A stretch of DNA of 61,955 nucleotides, filler included, from Dimargaris cristalligena (GCA_003614675.1; 13 parts of 13 records of this genome joined end to end with filler, not necessarily neighbours in it); one strand, 5' to 3'. Positions 35,249 through 49,171 are shown, counted from the first letter of the whole stretch. The notes: generated by a model not told the origin, from the letters alone. Made by a program: numbers and translations.

Positions 35249-37543
35249 CTACTCCGTAGGATTGCTAGCAATTATGGGTGGCGATGTTGAGGGATGAGTT
35301 AACGAACGGCGCAGCCTCTCTATTTGGTGATGGCTAGGCAGGCTCCGGATTCCCATTTGCTGGAGAAATTCGGCAATCTCAATAGTCAACTGAGGGTGCT
35401 GCCGCTGCTGCGTGTACGCCAGAGACAAGGCAATGAATTTGGAACTGATCAACAAACCATGGTCCAACATTTGGCGATAGAGAGGTATAAACTGGTCGCA
35501 CCGATTAGCCCTGTAGGCCAAAAGAAATCGAGTCTGATATAACGGGATAGTGTGGCACAGTGCAGGGAATTTCGCACTGGCATGATCTAAAAATTCAAGG
35601 GCATTAGTGTGTAGTTCATGATGAATCATGAGATGGGCCACGGTGTTGGTTAGCGAAGCCCATGAATGTCGGAGCTGGAATCGACTGATATTACGCCATA
35701 GTAATAGGGCTTCGGGATAATGGTTTTGGGACCACAGGGCCTCGATAATCCGACGTAGGAGTTCGGCATTGGGTTTGATTCCCGATGCTCTCACTTGGCC
35801 AAGAAGGGTACTAGGTGTGCTCAAGTCGGAGGCAGATGGCAGCTGGGCGAGGCCGGCGGGATAGTTCGCTAGTCCAGATTGAGAAACTTCGAAAATTAGC
35901 GGGAGGAGCACGGTGAGGGTAACAGCAGATGGGCGGATGCCACTGTCGAGCATACTTTGGTAAATCCGAAGGCATTGGTCGAACTGTTTCGAAGCCATGA
36001 ATGTCTGGATCAGGAAGGTATAGGTATATACAGTAGGCTCGATATCCTTGCCGGCCATCAGGTGGAGGGTCTGGGCCACCATGGCCGTATCGTTCTGCCA
36101 AACATAGGCCCCTAGCAGGATATTATAGGACACGCTGTTCATAGTATACCCGCCTTCCTGTAGCTGCCGAAATACAGGAATGACCCGGGATATCCAGCCC
36201 CGCTTAAAGAAGGCTTTCAAGATAAGCGCGGCGAGATATGGGCTCATACGGTCAGACGAATCTCGGACTCGACGGACCACCCTGATCGTGTGCTTTACCT
36301 CGCCGTGGCTAGCGAAGGAATTGGCCAAGGCCGAGAAGGTCACGAATCCCGGGGTAATGTCCTGGGATAACATGGTCTCATAGACATCAAGACAGCGAGG
36401 CACCAAAGAGGCCGACTGCCCGTAGAGTCGGATAAGTTCGGCATGCATGGCCTCAGCGTAGGTGCCCTGGTGACCTAAAGTCCCATTGAAAAAGGCCTCT
36501 CCTCGCCTTGGGTCCCGGTGGGTGGTTAAAAACTTCATAACTTGGAACTGGTGGTGGGGCTTAAGGCGGACATGGTTGGCTATTAAGTCGTCGATAATTC
36601 GACCGACGAAGGGGACATCGGCACGGGCTAAACACAGGGGCACAAAATGTTGGTACAGGGCATCGCACTCGGGTGTCAAGTAAGGCTGAATTAATAAGTA
36701 AAGGGTTTGTGTTTGGTACCAGGGTAAATGGATTTTTAGGGCAGTTCGAACGGCCCAGTGGAACACGTTAGGGTGCCAGTCAGTCAAGTCGAACTGTTCC
36801 GTCGGGGCAGCTTGGCCCGGGCGATGAGGCTTTAAAGTCTGTATGAATGCCAAAAGTTGAGTATGAATAGGATCAGTCACCATGTGCAGGCGATCAGTCG
36901 ATAGGGCCCCAATACGGGAATACAGGCATATTGCCCGATTTCGAGTGCCCAGCGGTATTTCCGTGTCCTTGACGGGATATCGTTCGTGTAAGGTGCGGAT
37001 AATGTACTTGGTAAAGGTTCGATAGATAATGGAGTCGGGTTCGTTTTCGCGTTTGGCCATTACTCTATGCAGGGTATCATGGTGCTCGGCCAACCATTGA
37101 TCGAGCCATTGGAGGGGTTCGGGAGCCGCGGCAAAATTGTCCTGGAATTCAACGATAATTTGATTATAGCTCTTTTTAAGGGGTCGGGACAGTGGGTTTG
37201 CCGGTAGTATCGGCGACCGGCGTGTCTTCCACACCCGAATGGGACAAGCCGAACGTGGGGGACCTGATCGGGTTGAGTAAAGGCGCCGGGTAGGAGGAGT
37301 AAAGGTATGCGTAGCACGGGGGGAATCCGTGAGCTGGACTGGGGTACAGTTAGGCAGGGAGGCCGACTCGGTAAACCATGGGCCGAATGAGCCGGGGCCA
37401 ACGGAGTTTCGGGGAGGTACGGCTGAGGAAAGTTGCTGCAGGGTATATCGGTCGCGTTGGGCTACAGGGCGTAAAGGGGTGATCGAATCAAGGAGGCAAT
37501 CACGAATCGGCCGGAGGCTCGATGGCAAACGGGGAAAGATCAT
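35249..37543 (-). CDS. Pentatricopeptide-repeat protein, probably mitochondrial
   Basis: Tandem ~35-aa PPR motifs (VSYNILLGAY, YTYTFLIQTF...MLDSGIRPSAVT); Arg/Ser-rich N-terminus from ATG 37543. Confidence 0.85.
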   Translation of the reverse strand: MIFPRLPSSLRPIRDCLLDSITPLRPVAQRDRYTLQQLSSAVPPRNSVGPGSFGPWFTESASLPNCTPVQLTDSPRATHTFTPPTRRLYSTRSGPPRSACPIRVWKTRRSPILPANPLSRPLKKSYNQIIVEFQDNFAAAPEPLQWLDQWLAEHHDTLHRVMAKRENEPDSIIYRTFTKYIIRTLHERYPVKDTEIPLGTRNRAICLYSRIGALSTDRLHMVTDPIHTQLLAFIQTLKPHRPGQAAPTEQFDLTDWHPNVFHWAVRTALKIHLPWYQTQTLYLLIQPYLTPECDALYQHFVPLCLARADVPFVGRIIDDLIANHVRLKPHHQFQVMKFLTTHRDPRRGEAFFNGTLGHQGTYAEAMHAELIRLYGQSASLVPRCLDVYETMLSQDITPGFVTFSALANSFASHGEVKHTIRVVRRVRDSSDRMSPYLAALILKAFFKRGWISRVIPVFRQLQEGGYTMNSVSYNILLGAYVWQNDTAMVAQTLHLMAGKDIEPTVYTYTFLIQTFMASKQFDQCLRIYQSMLDSGIRPSAVTLTVLLPLIFEVSQSGLANYPAGLAQLPSASDLSTPSTLLGQVRASGIKPNAELLRRIIEALWSQNHYPEALLLWRNISRFQLRHSWASLTNTVAHLMIHHELHTNALEFLDHASAKFPALCHTIPLYQTRFLLAYRANRCDQFIPLYRQMLDHGLLISSKFIALSLAYTQQRQHPQLTIEIAEFLQQMGIRSLPSHHQIERLRRSLTHPSTSPPIIASNPTE

Positions 37544-38668
37544 GCAGACTATAGAAACTAGACCATGGGACGCATGGCATTCAATGCGTGAAGTAGCTAT
37601 CGGAATGCCGCTGTTCAATGCTAGGTGGAGCCTGCTAACCCGGATTTTGGGGCGGCCGGATAGAAAAACAAGGGCAGTGTGATATAGGGAATGGGTCGGG
37701 AATGGCGTAGAGTCAGACAGAGATTACTAGATCAGCCCAACGTCAAAAAGGAATCCAGGAAAGCAAAGAGCAACTCTCCAATCGCAGCCGGTTCTCAAAT
37801 ATACTATTGACACTAAAGTTTAGAGTCAACAACCGGGCCAACCAGCTGCCACTATGCCCAATTCCAGTACCTGATTACGGATCGCCCATTTAGCCAATAT
37901 CCACTTGCCGAGGCCCCTTCAATAGACTAGGTTATCCCCATTCAGTTTCGGGAAACCAATATGCCCCCCAGCTAGAAATTCGATGATCGGGGAATTTTAG
38001 GTATTTATATAGTTCCCGGAAATAAATCGAGTATTTCCGGCGGAGCAACTATGGGAACAATATTTACAAATAAAACATTACCATCGACATATGATGGATA
38101 GGTTGTGCATCAACGACTTTAAATGGTACAGAACCGGGCGAGCATCTCTTGAGCCAAGCCAGGATTACCGCTAAGCACATAAATTTGGGCCAGATTATAA
38201 GCCGCCTCATNNNNNNNNNNNNNNNNNNNNNNNNNNNNNNNNNNNNNNNNNNNNTTAATTAATTAANNNNNNNNNNNNNNNNNNNNNNNNNNNNNNNNNN
38301 NNNNNNNNNNGTCCTCTAAAGGTCACGTGACCTAAATATGATGGCCCCCCTATATGGATTTTACCCTATATAGTCTGGTTGAACTTTACCCATATTATGC
38401 TAATAGAGGGGAAAGAAAAAATTTTCCGTAAAAATATTACTTTCCCCAAAGTAGAAAGGAAAAATTTTCATGCGAAAATTGTTTTCTCTATCTTTCTCCT
38501 TCTTTTATTCCTTCCTACCATCCGACCCTATTAGTTTATTCTATTTTTACTATCAAAATTTGTCTCTGCCATGTTCTTTACACATGTGCATGACGACCTT
38601 TCGGTTATTATAGCCCGTGGACTTGTCCATTGGGTGAAATAAGTATCACCACTAAATAACAAAACGTC

Positions 38669-39048
38669 TGTAACAATATAAGTGTTTAGAGATGACCCCA
38701 GTTTATCCAACGTTAATGTTGGTGTTAAGACGAAGGTTTATTCGGGGTATAATAAAATAATAGATAGAGATAAGGAAATAAATGGAAGAACTAAAGCGGT
38801 GTTGATGTAAAATGTTGAGGGCTATGATGATTGTTGTTTCTTCAACGTGCACCGAAGACGTCCTTTTTATAAGAAGTCAATGTAGTTACTGAAAGCAGGA
38901 CACAATTATGGTGTGTTGTGGTCGGGCTGGGGTAACCCGGAGTAATGCAAAGCAGTGATGACTCGAACTGCCGAATGATAATTAAGGAGACGCGAAGGGA
39001 CACATTAGTAATATTATGTGCGTTAGACAAGGGTCGTAAAACGTCACA
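38669..39048 (-). repeat. 3' LTR (380 bp) of the dUTPase-bearing Ty3/Gypsy element
   Basis: Minus strand: purine tract GAGGAGA, then TGTGAC...TGTTACA termini; internal TATAAAAAG. Confidence 0.75.
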
Positions 39049-42000
39049 TCTCCTCAGAACTAATATGTAGGTGGGAGTTGGCCTGTGAACCGTTGTTAAG
39101 AATGTGGGTCAGGCTCATGGGATCGGGAGGCATAGGCGGAGAGCATTTGATGAGTTCTCGAGAGACGTGGTGGCGAAAGATGTGGCCAAGCCTATCGACT
39201 AAGGTGTAGGTATTATGTGGGGAGCGGGCCCCAATTGTAAAGGGACCCAGCCATGGAAGTTGGGACTTGGTGCGATTACGGTTCTCATAAAAGACCATGG
39301 TGCCAAGTGGGAGCTCAGCTTTGGCGAAGGGTGCTGAAATGGCCTTACACTTTAAGCGATGTTCTTGGGCTTTGGACCGGTTAGCAATGACTTCCCGGCG
39401 TAATTCCTCAAAGCCTTTGGTAGCAGATGGTCCCATAGTGACGTTGGTGGGGTAGAGGACTTTGGCGGGTAGTCGGGGGTTGAAGGTGTAGAGTATTCGG
39501 GAGGGCTCCTTGAGGGATGCAGTGTGTGTGCTCATGTGGTAGGTGAATAGAGCCTGTGGGAGGAATTTGTCCCAGTCTTGTTGGTGTTGTTCAGTAAGTA
39601 GGTGCAATTGCTGGACCAAGGTATCATTGTACCTCTCGAGTTGGCCATTGGTTTGAGCGTGGTAAGGTGCCGAGAAATTGTGGTTAATGTCCAGGCATTC
39701 ACATATACCATGTATAAGGCTGTTATCAAATTCCCGCCCATTATTTGTCAGAATTCGGGTGGGGCAGCCAAATCGACAGACGATGTTGGTAATGAAGAAG
39801 TCGACAACGGAGGGGGCTGATTTGTCAGGTAGTGCTTGAGCTTCAGGCCAAGAAGAGAAGAGGTCCATTGCAGTGTCAATGTATCGATTACCCATGGCTG
39901 TTGGTTGTTCGAATGGGCCTATGACATCAAGCACTACAGTGGAGAATGGGTGTGACTCTAGCCAGGTCTTTGGGGCAAGGTGGTCGTGTCGGGGGTTGCC
40001 CATCTGGCAGTAGGGGCATTGGGCTATGAAGTTTCGGACTGATTGAGTAATCCCACGCCAGAAGTAGCGCTGTTGGATTAGTTTGGCGGTTTTTGCAATG
40101 CCTAAGTGGCCCATGAGGGCGGAGCCATGGTGTAGCATAATAATGTTGTTGATATCTTTTGCTCGAATAACTCGGCGGAGTTTGTTTGATCCTCGGCAAG
40201 TAACGTACAGAGTGTCATCCTCTCCAACTTTGAATAGAGGTGCGGCGGCTGTGATTTGAGATGAGTCTTCGGGGGTCATGTTTGATGGTAAGTATCCTGT
40301 CTTGATAAAACTCACAAGGACGTCGATGAGGTCGTCTGGGACTGCTGGTGCATGGTCCCGGAACTTGGGGATGGGGAGGTTGTTTTCTTTGATGGTGAGG
40401 ATCTGGTTGGATGTGGGGGCTGGGGAATTCCATGGAATTCGGGATAAGGCATCGGCAGCCGAGTTGTCTGTCCCTTTTCTGTGGACAATGTCAAATGAAT
40501 ATGGCTGGAGGTACATTATCCATCGGGCAATCCTGCCAGTGGGCTCACGGGTATCCATAAGCCAGCGAAGGGCAGCGTGGTCGGATTCAACTGTGAAGTG
40601 AGTTCCATGGATATAGACGTAGAAGTGTTTGATGGCCCATACTACTGCTAAACACTCCATTTCAGTGGCTGTGTAGTTGCCTTCAGCTGAGGATAGTGTT
40701 CAGCTGGCACATTGGATAAGGACTTCGCCATGGTTTTGATGCTGCTGTAGTATGGCACCCAGTCCAGATGTACTGGCATCAGTTTGGATTGTGAAAGGTA
40801 GTGAGAAGTCAGGGTGGCCAAGGATGGGTGGGGACAATAGGATAACTTTGATGGTTTCAAAGGCTTGTTGTTGGGTACTCCCCCACTTGAAGGTAGCATT
40901 CTTACAGAGGAGAAGGTACAGTGGTTTTGCAATTGTAGCCAGAGTAGCAACAAAACGGCGGTAGTAATTGACGAGGCCAAGGAATTGGCGTACTCCAGTG
41001 ATTGATGTTGGAATGGGGTGGTCACGTATTGCTGCAGTGCCTCTTTTACTAGGGGAAATGCCCTCAGCAGAGATGAGGTAGCTAAGATATTCGGTGGATA
41101 GGGATGCTATAGAGCACTTACTAGTTTTTAATTTGATGTGGTGAGTGTCTAGGCGTCTGAGGATGTTCTGCAGATGGTTTAAGTGGTTTTCAAAGGAATT
41201 GCTAAAGATGAGAATGTCATCAATGTAGACAATCACATAGTTCAGGTTTTGGGTGTTAAGGGCAGATACCATAGCCCGTTGGAATGTTGCTGGGGCATTA
41301 GTTAGCCCGAATGGCATGACATTAAACTCAAAGTGTCCAAAGGGGGATGTAAATGCCGTTTTTTCTTTGTCCTCCTGGCGGAGTGGTATTTGCCAGAACC
41401 CAGACATGGCATCAAGGGATGAGAAGTACCGGGCTTGGGAGAACTGGTCCAGTGCTTCCTCAACCTTAGGGAGTGGGTAGACGTCCCGGATGGTGATACT
41501 GTTAAGTTGACGGTAGTCTATGCACATGCGGTAGGTTTGGTCTTTCTTTTTTGCTAGGACGATGGGTGCACTCCAGGGTGATTTGCTGTATTGGATGACA
41601 CCAGCATTGAGGGCTTTGTGGAGTTCTTCGTGAATGGTTTGCTTTTCACCTGGGGAGAATCGGCGGAAGTAGGTTTTGATGGGTTGCTTTGTGTTGTTTT
41701 TGATGTCGATTGTATGTTCACCAACTAGTGCAGTTGTCAAGTCACTATGGTCGTCAATGAAGAGGTGTCTAAAAGGGGATATAATTTCTAAGACAGCTTT
41801 TTTTTGTTGGGTAGTTAGTTCGGGTGAGATTATGGCTGCTAATGTGTTACTAACCTCACTGATATTATTAATATAGTCAGTTAATCCAAATCCATTGAAG
41901 CCATGATCACTGGCCCCAAGATTACTAAGGGAGGGGACCTCATACACATAGTCGAGGTCACTGATTTTCTCAAGGATTAATTGGGCAATTTGTTGGCCAC

Positions 42001-42967
42001 ACTGGATAGTGTATGGGGCCTAGCTATAATTAATCAGGAGGACCCCGATTTCACCACGGTATCCCCAGTCAATGACTCCAGCACCAACATGGATATTATA
42101 TTTAGTGGCTAGGCCAGAGCGCGGGGCAATTCGGCCATAAAACCCTGTGGGGATGGCAATGTGGATACCAATGTTGATAGTAGCTGTTTTGCAGGGGGCA
42201 ATTACCGTAGTCCTGTGAGCAAATAGGTCAAACCCTGCATCAGTGGGGTGTGACTTTACTGGGAGGTAGGCCTGGCTGTCTACTCTGAAGTCACAGAGAG
42301 TATTGTCTGTAAAGTTCTTAATGGTTAAAACTCGTGAGTCAAACTCAGTGACACTTATGTCTTCCTTTGGGGTGGGTACCAGGATTTGGAAGGGCACAGG
42401 GTCATAATTGTTATTACCAGTGGGGATGTCCAGTGTGTTGGTTTTAAAATCCAGGCATGGTCTTAGGAGGTGGAAGAATGGGACTCCAAGGAGTGGCTGC
42501 ATGGAGGAGCCAGGGAGGATGGTGAAGTGTACTAGGGCCTCGGTGTTACTGATAGTGATGGGCACATTGTTGACATGACCTACAGCCTGGATGGTTTTGT
42601 CATTGGCTAGCTCAATAAGACGGGATACTGTCCTATCAATGGAGAGGTTGAGTTGCAGTGCACATCTTTCTGACATAGCATTGGTGCTTGCACCAGAGTC
42701 CAAGATAACTTGCATATCAGTGTCCACAAATGTGACCAGTGTTAAGACTGGGGTATATCTGATAGCTTGTGGAATACTGTGGGTACCCCCTGGATTCTCA
42801 GAGTGTTTAGGGTGGTTGGTGTTTTCACTGACTTTGTTGATGGTGGCAGTGAGGGAGGTGGGTGGTTGGGCTCTGGGGGTATATGGGTTGTTCTCCCAAA
42901 GTGTGGTGTTGTCTGTGGTTTCAAAGGGGGTTGGTTGGCGTTTTTGGGCCCGTATGCACCATCGCCA
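39044..42967 (-). mobile_element. Ty3/Gypsy retrotransposon pol: protease, dUTPase, RT, RNase H, integrase in one frame with two nonsense mutations
   Basis: LDSGA protease; AGFDL, RSG, GVIDWGYRG, QIAQL and HGFNGFGLTD dUTPase motifs; YIDD RT; TDAS RNase H; HHCC integrase and GPF motif; only TAG at 42020 and TGA at 40700 interrupt the frame. Confidence 0.95.
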
Positions 42968-45533
42968 NNNNNNNNNNNNNNNNNNNNNNNNNNNNNNNNN
43001 NNNNNNNNNNNTTAATTAATTAANNNNNNNNNNNNNNNNNNNNNNNNNNNNNNNNNNNNNNNNNNNNTGAATTCGGGGTTCGTTTCCAGATATCACTGGC
43101 CGGATAGAATGGGAGGGGAATGCACGGAAAGGCACCGCCAATTCGGGAGTCCGAAGGAAAAGCCACAGTTACATTGAATAGGCAACGGCAAGGGTATAAG
43201 ACAGACACAGGGGTGAATGAGGTGATTTTTCAACTAGGGCTGCATTTTCTAGCTTATGTTCTCGATGTTTATTTATAGATGGCGATGGCCATATTGAGAT
43301 ATCCGAAGGGCTGGGTTGCGTTTAGCCCTCGGAGGGTGCAAAGTACCCGCTTCTGGCTGCCTTCTCCCCCCTCCTCTTCTCCTCACCAAAGCCCACCCGC
43401 CAACCTCACGTCAACGCCAACACCAACATTTCTCTGGCCTCCTTCCCGTGCTTGGCTTGTATGCTGTGGACAAAAAGCTTGGAGTAATTATAGTTTAACG
43501 GTCCAGTCAATTCCTTGAAAAGAGCAAGTTGGGTTTTGGACCTCCCTGTACGCATCCCGAATAAAAACTATTACCAAAAATACCTGCGCTATAGTCTGCA
43601 CCCATTGGAAGCGGTGGTATGTCTATGTAGCCATCGAGGCCGGTGCACTCCTTCTTGGGCACTTTGTCCAAAGCTTGATTACCGCGCTCTTCTGCCGTCC
43701 CCCATCTGCGTTATAATACGAACAATGGATTATATTAACAGTGCAACCTATTTTTAATTACCTCAAAAACACCTAAAGGGATTTAGAACAACATGGTGTG
43801 CGCACTGATATGAATTTAGGAGAGTTCATTGCTCAGCATGACTAGGCGGTCGAGGCATTTACCATCTAAACAACCTATATAAGTCGGCCATCTCAATTTA
43901 ATAGGTGAGTCACTGGCTAATCAATACGTGACTGCTCGAAATTGAAGACAGACTTTATATTGGGGCGTTGGAGACAAGTGATTACAATAGCCAGAGTGCT
44001 CCGAAATACTAGAAAACGGTATGTTTTATATATTAATAAATAATTTCGAAATATAAACCTCAATGAACATGCAACTGTTATAAATTATTTGTAAGTATAC
44101 AGCACCTTTCATAGGTGAATTCGAATACTATAGGTATGCCAATTGCTTTACATTAGAAATATAATAGAATTGCAAGTGTTCGTAGGGAATAAACATAGTC
44201 TCACGGCAAGTCATCACCAGTACTCCCGGACTATAAACCATGGGAACCCATAATGGAGTATCCAGCCATTATATTTGGACTACCATTGGAAATTATCTAT
44301 GTGTTTTGGTGGTTGCTTGTTGATGGTGGTAGTAAGGAATGCCACCGGTTTCAATCGAATTTCCAGAGATTTTTTAAGATTTTATATAGGTTGGTGACAT
44401 GCATTTCTTATGAAATGCATGGCCATTTCTCACACCCGTTGGGTTGTATCATAAAGAATAAAACATCTCCATATAAAATTGAATATTTTACGCTGGTAAT
44501 TGGTATGCGATTGTGGGCTATTGAGGCTATCATGTAAACATAAATGAATCATAAACATTGGATCTATGGGCTACATAACCAGGGTAAAATGTCTAAGGGC
44601 AAGAATACTAATACCAATAAGTAGACATGGTGTGCATTTAAAATGTGTTTATAAAATCCATAATCATAATGGGTAATAATATAGCAGGCTTACACAGGTC
44701 TAATAATATGACAGGCGAAATGTGTTAGAAATTCATTTCTAACACCTCGCTGATTCTAAATCTTTGGTTACATCGTTCCATACCAGGGATATCAGATTAT
44801 CTTTATTATTTCTTTTATACAACTCAATAATAATAACCACAGGCATCTGGCTATGGTGCATGCAGTTATTCTAATTTCCTAAATATAGATTTTAAGTTGC
44901 TTCAGGGAGACCTTGCATTTACCCTTTAATTTACCCTTCCAATATAGGTGGTCATTAGATGCATCGTACAAGATAAAACTCATGGCAATACATCCCCAAT
45001 CGAATTGCCATATTTCTTCTCCCACATGCCACTTTCTCACAGACGAGTCCTGGGCTGTGAGTTGGGATTGAAATTATAACCCTGAATATGTATTTTCAAG
45101 GATTCAAAAAAGAGTAGACTGGCACTGGAAACGATATTATGCCAATACACTGTATTACACAAAATTGGAAATGGAGGGCGGAAGACAAGTTTCCCCCAAC
45201 ATAAGCAGCCCATGTGTGATGGTGAAACCCCAATTGTGATGACTTACTGGGAGATCACCAGCCAGAGTATTCCATGTGAGTGATAATACTTTCTGCTGGA
45301 TTAAAAATACCTGGGTTATATTCTTCTCATAGTTGGTTCAAGGTAGTCCGTACCAAGATTGCAGTATATATAACGACGTATTTTTCTCCCCCAAAACCCC
45401 GCCTTATTTTATTTTGTTGCCCACATGTAAGTTAGCATTTCCACTGCGACATCTGTGAGGATTTCACCCCCAGACCACGCTGTACCCTCCTAATCCCACA
45501 CATCCTAATCCACCAAGTCCCTTACAGTAAAAA

Positions 45534-46904
45534 ATGCCAGCTTTCAAGCTAACTAGTGGCATAGTTGTCGTAGTATGCCTTCCATCACTCGCTGTCTCCG
45601 TTGCAGTCGCCGGCCAACACAGTACCAACCCGGTCCAAGAAAGTAACGCCGCACCTATATACAGCCTCAGCGACTTTTATCCAATTAAAGGCGCCATCAC
45701 TTGGCGCCAGTCCACCGGAGACCTCTTTGAGCCACCAGTAAGTCAACCCAGTGACCAATATTTCCCGAATACCAAAGTGGACCAGGCGCCTCCACCTTCA
45801 TACCTCGAGTACCAAGCGGGGGACTTCATACCTAGTACCGGGTCGATGAACTAGGGACAATGTACGGCTACACGGGTATGTCAACTTCCAACGACCAGAA
45901 CATCCCGGCGAGCTTCGATTATAATCACTATTCAGCCTTCGGACCCCCGCTAGACTACCAGGCCAACGCATTCCCCTCACAACATTATCTTTTGAATCCC
46001 ATGCTCTCTACCGACTTTGGGGAATCACGCTACTCAAGTTCGTATGAAAAACCGGAGGTGGTCAACAATAATGTAAGTGAACGATCACCTCCCATCACAG
46101 CGTCAGGAGGTCCAATATATCGCAAAAAAGGCGGCAATAACTGTTAGAATGAATGAATATACTACGATGCAAAGCCTTAGTGTATCAAAGTGAATGAAAG
46201 TAAAGAAAGCTGCGAGAGATGTATGGAATACACTCCGCTATGTGTTTTATTGTATGACTATTGACTGTAGTAAGAGTTGGGATATAATTCTCTATATGGT
46301 GGGAGAATCTCGAAGAATATAATTTGATAGAGGCGTGAGCTGCCTTTCTAACAATAACCACCAAGGCACCATCAGTTGTTCGGTGCCAGGTCGGCGCTCC
46401 ACTAAATGCCCAACTTATAGAGCATTAACCATTGATGAAAGCATAAGTACCTGTGTAGAGCTTTCCAAAATGGCATTTTCACGGGGCTATCATCACGGTA
46501 CCTTCAGTGATGTCTCTGTCGATATTAGAAAGGCTTTATATTTATATATGTCCCAATTAGATCTACACAGTATTGCGGTAGATACTGGTTCCAAGAAATA
46601 TAAGTATAAGGGCAAACACACTTTTTCCCTGAAACTTTCCAAGCTCCTAAAGGCTAAAGCACTCACTTCAGGATCCCCTAGACTCATCTACGCACTAGAT
46701 TGGAGTAAAGAAACCCGCGCCATAGTTCCTTACTTCTTCACAGGCGAGCAGGGCTATTTGTGCGATAAATTCCATGACAACAAACACCTTTTTACGTCTT
46801 CAGTTCGCCTCAGTAGTATGCCTATTTTTGGCACTCCTGATGAGATGGAGAGGTTGTTTAATGAAGAGATTGAGATATTCATGGACAAATATCCAGATAA
46901 TTAA
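45534..46904 (+). pseudogene. Disrupted secreted protein gene (RLI-W-FT-GxLCD family)
   Basis: Signal peptide MPAFKLTSGIVVVVCLPSLAVSVAVAG; three collinear ORF pieces separated by stops and frameshifts; C-terminal block resembles ORF 56118-56906; TATATAA at ~45366. Confidence 0.6.
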
Positions 46905-47959
46905 ACCTGGCCCATCGCTGGGTTCTAGGCACTACTTTCGCCCAGTTTCATCAACTGGGCTTATAAATCTACTCTCTGATAGATCGCCTCCCTTTGGCAC
47001 GTTCCGTTCCCCTATTCATAGTTTATATACTTAAGATACTAGTGGCATTTCCGGCATATTGCGTCTTCGTTATAAGTTTTTATCCTTAATCCATTTTTTA
47101 GATAAAACCAAGCAAGTTACTATAGCTACTACTCAGTTAAGCAGTCACACCCAATCTCCTTTTTTACTTATTTACGCAATCTTATATATGATATTCGTCA
47201 CTATTACTATCCATAAAGTGCCCTTTGCCACACCATTTTGAGAGATTTTTGAAATATACTGTTTCTAAACTTAGATATTTTACCATTTACAGGTAATTTA
47301 CCCCACAACACCTATGCTAATTGAAAGTGAGTATTGCCTTTAATCTGGTAGGTATATTTAAACCATTAGAATAATATATGGTATGCCCTTCACTTAGTCC
47401 AAAATCCCTATAGACATTTCCAGGGCAACTGATAATAGCCTGCACTATTTAAATTTCTTATTTTTCGTAGTATAGCGCCAATGAGGAACAAGAAAAAGGC
47501 GAGCTAAGCAGACTGTGAACAAAAAGGCAAAGAAAGGGTTCACCGCCCTCGATGGCTAAATAGACATGCCACCCCTTTCAATGAAAGTAGAGTATAGTTT
47601 TGACAACTTTCCCCCCCATAGAGATAGGGGTACGACGGGGGGGGGGTCCAAAACCCGACTTACTCTTTTCAAGGAATTGACTGGACCGTTAAACTATAAT
47701 TACTCCAAGCTTTTTGTNNNNNNNNNNNNNNNNNNNNNNNNNNNNNNNNNNNNNNNNNNNNTTAATTAATTAANNNNNNNNNNNNNNNNNNNNNNNNNNN
47801 NNNNNNNNNNNNNNNNNGCTGCGAGTATCACTTTAGTGTCGCTCCCAAGGATTATCCATGTTATAGTGTTTCCCCAAGTATCACTAGTGTTTTTAGTATC
47901 CTTCAAGTCTATTTATTATCGATAATTTATTATTACATGCCCATATCCCCGGTGGCAGG

Positions 47960-48170
47960 AACTCCTTCAGCCATTCCGACTTTGCATCCGCATACCTAAT
48001 ACATACCGACATTTTTGCCGCCTTTACATTTAACCACCACCATTACCTGCATGGCTTTTAAAAAATGGTTTAGATACATATTGAAGGTGGGCTAGTTGAC
48101 TGACCAAAATAATGTTGGTAAAAGAGAAAAAAATACAAGGGTGGGAATGGGAAAAGAGGCCCGCGTGAAG
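47960..48170 (+). repeat. ~200-bp dispersed repeat (family R); second copy at ~49820-50035
   Basis: Shared CCTTCAGCCAT..TTGCATCCGCA and GATACATATTGAAGGTGxGCTAGTTGxCTGACCAAAATAATGTTGGTAAAAG blocks. Confidence 0.7.
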
Positions 48171-48404
48171 CAAAGTGGTAATGTTAGCGCGAGAGCACAA
48201 GGAGAGGTTGAAAGACTTTCAACTTAAAATGGAGAAATGAGTAGGGGCAAATGTAATACCATTGGGATTGAGTCTTATAATACAAGGTATGGTGATATTG
48301 ATCAAATATAAAGAAATTGGGTCGGATTTGGATATAGTAAACTTTGAAACAGTTACGAACAGTAACAAACAAGGGGAAACATATGACGTTTTAACAGCTA
48401 TATT

Positions 48405-48548
48405 ATGGGCAAGGGTGAACAAGGCTGTATAACGAACAATCCAGCCGATGATGAAATTGCTACTGCTGGTTAAAAAAAAGTAATATCCCACCTACTATTA
48501 CACACATACTTTGTAAACTGTATACAGCCGGGCCGAATTTTGCCCATA
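48405..48548 (-). mobile_element. MITE family M copy
   Basis: TATGGGCAAGGGTGAACAAGGCTGTATA...TATACAGCCGGGCCGAATTTTGCCCATAT. Confidence 0.65.
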
Positions 48549-49171
48549 TTTATGTAATAATCAACAATTTCAGGAGTGGTATAGAATCATAAACGATTAT
48601 AAAATCAAAAATCAGAGCGCGCTCGCCTGGTTCGAAGAGGGTCCTCTTGAACAAGTACCGTGACGTAATTGTTATATATAATCCAAATTCCGTTTGATAA
48701 TTATTCGGGGCAGATGCCTCATGAAAGTGTTGAAAACCTCACTGTATTTGTCAAATATTTCATAAGCTCCATTATTCTCGTCCGAAATAATATCGAATCC
48801 GCTGTTGGGTCGCACTATTCATCGGTTGAGCTAGTGGTCGAGGATTAAAGTTTGACCGCGGACCATCCAACGGTACTAGATAAATTCAAAAACGATTTCT
48901 TCGGGAATTTCCTCATACTTATCTCCTTTAGCGTCTCGAAATCCCATGAGATTCTCAGACATGTATGCACCAACGAATTGGACTTCATACTTTTCGGTAG
49001 GGTTAGGGATTTCGATATACCAATATCTAATCCATCCTAGACATCCGGGATTTATACAAGGCGCAGATCAACCAATAGTTAATGAATTGTTTGTATATGT
49101 ATAACACTCCTCCAAATAGTATTGGCACCCCCATTTAGTTGCCAATGTGTTAGCCAGCCCTGTCGAGTTTA

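Noticed and set aside
40700-42022. In-frame stops in pol as programmed readthrough or an alternative genetic code
   Set aside because: They fall inside conserved domains, each is one C>T from a sense codon (CAG, CGA), and host genes end normally on TAA, TAG and TGA
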